Origin: Phallusia mammillata
Lineage: Eukaryota
Length of the DNA: 64,000 nt
NCBI GenBank assembly: GCA_965637545.1
Contig: OZ281497.1
Span: forward strand, 5,208,001 to 5,272,000
Reading direction: 5' to 3'
Within the stretch, counting starts at the first letter, position 1. Each line of letters opens with the position of its first letter. Below the pieces are notes generated by a model, which worked only from the letters and a program-made list of their open reading frames with translations, did not search any database and had not been told where the DNA came from. The translations under genes and the position numbers were made by a program. This document shows, piece by piece, positions 59,501 through 64,000 of this stretch.

Positions 59501-62500
59501 ATTTTTTTTTTGCCTTTACATCATCATTACGGAAAGTAATAAGAAACAGTTGCGGATGCAATAAAAAACTATCTTTTGTCATTAAGTGGCTTATTCAAAC
59601 CTATTGGGTTTGACTTAGTCTGTAAACTTAGGATTGAGAAACACAGTTTAAAACAGATACAACCAAAGCTTGCAATTTTTGCAGTATATATATATACATA
59701 CATTTGTGTCGTAACTTTTTTTCTTTTTACATCACATCATAACTATATTGTGACAATAAGCAGTAGAAATGTATGCAAACATGTGACAGGAACTGTGCAG
59801 AAATGCAGCGTTTAAAACGCACACTTAGCCACCAGTTGAACAAATTGGAAATTGTCGAAATGCCCCAGGCACTAGCTAGAAAGCAATTTGAAACACAATT
59901 GACCGAATGGCCACACCTGAATACTGGCAATTGCAAATTCATGCTTTGTTTGTATAATTCTTTATGTAAACAGTATTAGGACTATAAGATGGTGGTCATC
60001 TAAACTTTACATTTCAGAGTCTTTGCTTTATGTGATTAAACCGTAACTTTACCTAACAAAAAACTGGCACCATTGAATCATAATATTTCAATGAGAATTG
60101 GTTTGTCCCTTTGCAATTGCTGGCTGCATAGAATAGTTTTTTAGCACACAAGCAGTTATATACAACCATACAGTTTTCAAAGAAATGCTTACTCGCATCA
60201 ACAACAACCTAGGGCAGGAGTTGGCAACCCCTGGCGCGCGTGCCAACGTTGCCACGCGAGAGGGTTTTTCATGGCACGCCAACTGATTTGCATGCTTGTA
60301 TTGAAGTAACAATTTAACCTGTTACACTGCTTGTTTCTTGTATTTACTATGCCATTGTCTTAAAATATAACTGCTGGCACGCACTGCTATTATTTAGCAA
60401 AACGTTGGCACGCGAGGTCATTAACACATAGAAATACCAAGTAAATTGGCATGCGTCATGTAAAAGGTTGCCGACCCCTGACCTAGGGAGTAACTTAGTT
60501 TGTAGATGGAAAGTCATGTTTTTCAACTAACCTAGCATGATGTGATTTCTTTTCAATACTTTCATTGTCCAAGTCACCCAGTGGAGCAGATTTCTCAGGA
60601 ATATAAGTACCAACTTCAACATCATTAGATGGAACCGCTTCACCATCATTGCGATTTAGCATTTTCGACATCCTAAAAATCATGTACATGTGAAAATCAT
60701 TTTTGTAAAATTAATGAACATCCCAGAGGTTGGCATTAGCATGAACTTGATCTATAAGATCAGTTTATTTGTAGAAGTGGTACAGAACTTTGTTAAAATA
60801 ACTTTTTGGGATTGTGAACAGTTTTTAAATAAAACCATGTATCTTTAATCAAGAGCAAATGATTTGCACAAAGCAATAGTTGGTAAGTGGCAAAACACAT
60901 GAATTTTTTAGTTTGCACTAAAATTTGGTGCAAAATTTCTCAGAAAAAGCTAAAGATATAATTTATGTTGCTTGGTAAATGCTAGTGATGGGACGGGTAC
61001 CCGGTACTCGGTACTCGGTATCGATGGTATCGAACGATTTCAGTGGTATCGATACTCGTACTCGGTATCGAAATATTTTGCCTCAGTTTTCGATACCAAC
61101 GTGCGAGTACCGAAGGCCGATTTACACCATAAGAATACGGGCAACTTTATGCCAATATTTGCTTCGGACAGCACAAAAGTGGAAAAAAGTTCCGCCAGTT
61201 TACAGATATCTTTTTCGCTATCATGTGGAGATTACATTTTTTGGCATGTGTGTGTGCACGCCTGTACCCCGACCATGGCAGATAAATTAGCCAGTGATAT
61301 ACAACTAAGCACAACACTACACCTAAGTACTCGGTAATCGTACTCGGTACTCGGTATCGAAGGTATATACATGTGGTACTCGTACTCGGTATCGGTACTC
61401 GCTTCAAAACCTGGTATCGTCCCATCACTAGTAAATGCCTAGCCAAGGTGTTTAAGTGTAACTTGCAATACTATATACACAATGCAGTCATTTAGCAAAG
61501 TTGCCCCAGAAAAACAAGGCTCTTTTGGACACTTGAACTGTTCAATGTTTGCGTTGTGCAAATTAAAAGTTGAAGACAAAGCTATTTTTCATGCAAACAT
61601 AAAAGAAAATTCATCCTATTAAACGAACCCACGAACCCACAATGCCCCTATTGACTTAGACAACATCGTAAATGTACTTTAAATGTTGCATTATGAAACA
61701 GGCATGCTGACAGCTTGTAGTAAATTGATCTGAGCTTTATTTTACATTGGATTTACAAACGTACCTGTCACGAACACCGCTTGTTGTGGGCATTTTCACC
61801 TCAGACATTCTGTAACGGAACCTTTCCCAGGCAGAAGGTTTAGGAAGTGGTTTGTTGGGGTCGCGATTTTTGTACATGTCACGTTTGAAAACCCTCCATG
61901 TTCGAAATGCAAAGTAGGTGGAAACCAGGTAACATATCACCAACAAGAACAGCAAGATCTACAAAACAAAGTGGATTAGATGTATAGTTGGTATTTAGGT
62001 ACTTTTCCCTATTTTTTCTCACTAGCTTTTTAATAGCATGTCATATCAATGTTGTTGTTTGTGTTTTTGAACCCTTTTTAGTTGCTTTTTTAGGTTTTAG
62101 TATTGATTGTTGCCACCCTGATTAAAGCAACCTGAATGGGGCCTTGAAGTGTCAGTTAAAACAATATTTTTAAGTGCCACAAAACACATGAAATATTCTA
62201 AATGCCCTCGGTGCTTTTCCATTGTGTTAGAGTTACAAAAAATCAAAAAAAAACATTCTGGGCCACTTACTGTTGCAAAAATGTGATTTCCATAATATGA
62301 ATTATGTCCAGTAAGCAACGAGAAGTAATCAGTGCAGTCATTTGGGTAACGTGAGCAATAGGAGTTGAAATTCAAAGACTGGCTAAAAGTCATACCAGGA
62401 CGATAGCCGTAACCGCTCAAAGCTGCAAAAAAGAGTTTTCATTAGTTTTCATGGGATATTCAATAACAAACTGCAGCATATTACTACGTAGTTCAGAAAA

Positions 62501-64000
62501 TTGTGCTTTGTAAACTGAGTTTCTACCAACTAAAATTGTCTGAGGTAAAAATGCATTTAACATCTTTCCAAAAAGTTAAGACCTAATGACATTAAACTTC
62601 ATTAAAATTACAAATGTAAAAAGATAGCGTTGTTTTTGAAAGCTAATGTTATGAGTCACTTACAGGAGGTGCCACCTGCGCCCCCTAGTCCAATGGTGCC
62701 AGCACCGAAACCACGAGACATATCCCATCTCCATACATTTGAAGCCTCAAGAATTGAAGCAAACAAGATGAATATTGTTGCTACGACATTAAACTGAAGC
62801 TCCTGTTCACAAAAATATATATTTATGTTAGGTAAATAGTGAAAAAAAGTTTAAAAAGTTATTTTGTTTTAATTTATCTGCAAGTGTAAAAAATAACGCA
62901 TTCTGGCTGATAATGTATTAAATGTTCTTGCTAAACAACAATAAAATAGAAAAAAATGAACAATATATATGTATTTATATATATATGTTTGATATTTTGA
63001 CTAAAAATATCTAAACTGGCGCAGTAATTTTGATTAAAAACGTTATTTTGAAATGCTTTCCTGTTTTACAGACAAAAAATAACAACAGAGCAATTTTATT
63101 TGGATGTACTTTGGTTAGATGCATAAAAAAAGGCTTGAGTATAGCCACAAGCTCCTAAAAAGCGTAATGGTCCAAACACTAATTACCTTCTGCTAGCAAA
63201 ACAAAATTATGTCAGCAAAATAAAGCAAACTAAAGAAAATGCATTTTTTAACTTACCACAGTGGGCCATGCCACATGTGGATATTCCAAATGTTGGCCAC
63301 TAAGAAACAATCCATACATGGTTAGTGTCGCCAACCACACCAGTATGGTTACCAACATGACCACATGAAAAGGCCATGTGACTGCCTCCAACACAAAAAT
63401 TGGTCTCCAGTATGGTGATGCTCCCACAATGATAAATGTAAGTGCTCCCATCACCTGCAAAAATAGATTTAATAAAGTTTGTTTAATTTAAGCTAATAAA
63501 AGTATGCAATGGGGCAAAACAGACCTAGCTTTCTGTGTTACTGCCATTTCAGCTACATTACCACAACACTACTAATTTTTATTTTTTAGTACCTTGTTTT
63601 TGTTTACGTCTATGTATATATATGGTCAAATGCATACTTTCCAATGGTTTGATTATTCAATAAAATAGTTGTTTGATAAAAAAAATTCAATATGAAATTT
63701 ATACTGGCCCAAAAATAACACACTAAAGTGTGAAATATATACCATTGTTAGTGATAAAGTAATTGTTGTGTCAGTATTTACTTGGTGTAATTAAACATTT
63801 TAAAATCAAGAATCCAAAGATCTTTTCCTTGGTTTATATAACAGTTCAAACATCAGTTTTATTGGAAAGGTTTTTAGTGGAAACATGATTGTAGTAGAAT
63901 CCGTGACAAAGAATGGTCTGCCCTTACACTGTAGCCAGACAAAATGACGTAATCCTTGCTTTGAAAGTTTAAAGTGGGGCAATCAAGCGTTAAGTGGGCC
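56402..64000 (-). CDS. MARVEL-domain tetraspan membrane protein (plasmolipin/MAL-like), 5'-partial; complement(join(56402..56516,59071..59220,60532..60672,61765..61958,62271..62422,62664..62802,63257..63454,63928..>63999)), >=386 aa visible
   Basis: Four hydrophobic helices with MARVEL hallmarks: VMGALTFIIVGASPYW; FHVVMLVTILVWLATLTMYGLFL; HVAWPTVELQFNVVATIFILFASILEA; IFATILLFLLVICYLVSTYFAFRTW. These align by eye with the plasmolipin/MAL pattern. Seven GT..AG introns have consistent phases (0,0,1,0,2,2,2). Confidence 0.88.
56633..57233. mobile_element. hAT (Buster/Charlie-like) MITE, 601 bp, intronic
   Basis: TIRs CAGGGGTACCCAACC / GGTTGAGCACCCCTG; perfect TSD GTCTAAGG; GTCGATC/GGTAGATC subterminal motifs. 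Confidence 0.92.
57270..57600. mobile_element. hAT MITE, 331 bp, intronic
   Basis: Perfect 15-bp TIRs CAGTGGTTCCCAACC / GGTTGGGAACCACTG; TSD CTTTAAAC / CCTTAAAC (7/8); repeated ATTCCTCCC subterminal motifs. Confidence 0.92.
57693..57824. repeat. 132-bp palindrome (55-bp arms, 54/55 identical, 22-bp spacer) containing hammerhead remnant copy 3
   Basis: Arms 57693-57747 and 57770-57824. Spacer plus right arm read TGA-A-GGCGTCT-TGTATA-GGACGTC-GAAAC-GTC. Confidence 0.93.
57829..57879. repeat. ~51-bp imperfect hairpin at the 3' end of the hammerhead-bearing element
   Basis: TGCCTGGCAGCAAT ... GTTGTTGCCAGGCA (12/14 complementary). Homologous sequence at 31159-31180 and a fragment at 31827-31849. 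Confidence 0.7.
58745..59038. mobile_element. Decayed TAGGGATGGG-type hAT MITE
   Basis: TAGGGATGGG left end and ...GCCCATCC right end; CTCGG/CCGAG subterminal repeats as in 60983-61430; no clean TSD. Confidence 0.4.
59071..59220 (-). CDS. MARVEL tail exon (phase 2-2, 150 nt; Ser/Arg/His-rich)
   Basis: Acceptor TTTGTTTCAG|; SVYSDGKSHRSHKSHHTDRRSRSSSGTRRHKDDYDSEYHGSSRESRSGR; donor AG|GTAAGA. The frame differs from ORF-track 58967-59233. Confidence 0.82.
60215..60480. mobile_element. hAT (Buster/Charlie-like) MITE, 266 bp, intronic
   Basis: TIRs CAGGAGTTGGCAACC / GGTTGCCGACCCCTG; perfect TSD ACCTAGGG; GGCACGC subterminal repeats. Confidence 0.92.
60532..60672 (-). CDS. MARVEL tail exon (phase 2-2, 141 nt); alternative read-through to TAA at 60495
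   Basis: Acceptor ATTTTTAG|GATG; donor AG|GTTAGT. Confidence 0.8.
60983..61430. mobile_element. hAT MITE of the TAGTGATGG-type (Ac/Tip-like), 448 bp, intronic
   Basis: Perfect 12-bp TIRs TAGTGATGGGAC / GTCCCATCACTA; perfect TSD GTAAATGC; arrays of GGTACTC/GGTATCG subterminal repeats at both ends. Confidence 0.93.
61765..61958 (-). CDS. MARVEL exon (TM4 and start of cytoplasmic tail)
   Basis: Acceptor TTTTGTAG|ATC; donor AG|GTACGT; 194 nt. Confidence 0.9.
62271..62422 (-). CDS. MARVEL exon (Tyr/Gly-rich loop 2 with C-x6-C)
   Basis: Acceptor TTTTTTGCAG|; donor ACA|GTAAGT; 152 nt. Confidence 0.88.
62664..62802 (-). CDS. MARVEL exon (TM3 and Gly-rich start of loop 2)
   Basis: Acceptor GTGAACAG|GAG; ELQFNVVATIFILFASILEASNVWRWDMSRGFGAGTIGLGGAGGTS; donor T|GTAAGT; missed by the ORF track. 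Confidence 0.9.
63257..63454 (-). CDS. MARVEL exon (end of TM1, TM2)
   Basis: Acceptor TTTTTGCAG|GTG; donor GTG|GTAAGT; 198 nt. Confidence 0.9.
63928..64000 (-). CDS. MARVEL gene exon (runs off window end)
   Basis: Reads AHLTLDCPTLNFQSKDYVILSGYS, then donor |GTAAGG at 63927; phase 0. Confidence 0.75.

Noticed and set aside
60199-60214. Potential 16-nt micro-exon (CCTAG|...|GTAAGC) created at the MITE junction, minus strand
   Set aside because: It would shift the frame, and the polypyrimidine tract is weak; no support without RNA data.
60972-61446. ORFs and short GGTACTC repeats, superficially CRISPR-like
   Set aside because: They lie within a TIR/TSD-bounded MITE. The repeats are subterminal motifs without unique spacers, the DNA is eukaryotic, and there are no cas genes.

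Overview
AT-rich, compact-intron animal genomic DNA with no obvious CpG depletion. It is probably an ascidian/tunicate; this is inferred from gene structure and sequence style, not proven. Three protein-coding loci can be reconstructed by hand. (1) The last two exons of a Sushi/CCP-repeat protein gene (+, 1-970). (2) A complete six-exon DM-domain transcription factor of the DMRT4/5 (DMRTA2-like) class (+, 21868-25582, 623 aa), set in a gene desert of about 21 kb upstream and 27 kb downstream containing many CpG-richer, enhancer-like blocks. (3) Eight exons of an unusual plasmolipin/MAL-like MARVEL tetraspan protein (-, 56402 to beyond 64000), with a ~70-aa second loop and a long Ser/Arg/His-rich tail. 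Several non-autonomous hAT MITEs with clear TIRs and 8-bp TSDs, one nested in another, cluster at 51.4-61.4 kb. The least expected signal is a dispersed small-element family carrying a minimal, Penelope-type hammerhead-ribozyme motif at ~28.7, ~31.05 and ~57.75 kb. Each copy is damaged at a different catalytic position, and the third sits inside a 132-bp near-perfect palindrome in a MARVEL intron. A possible further small spliced transcript lies at 52.9-53.85 kb (-). All calls come from manual reading; no database searches were run.
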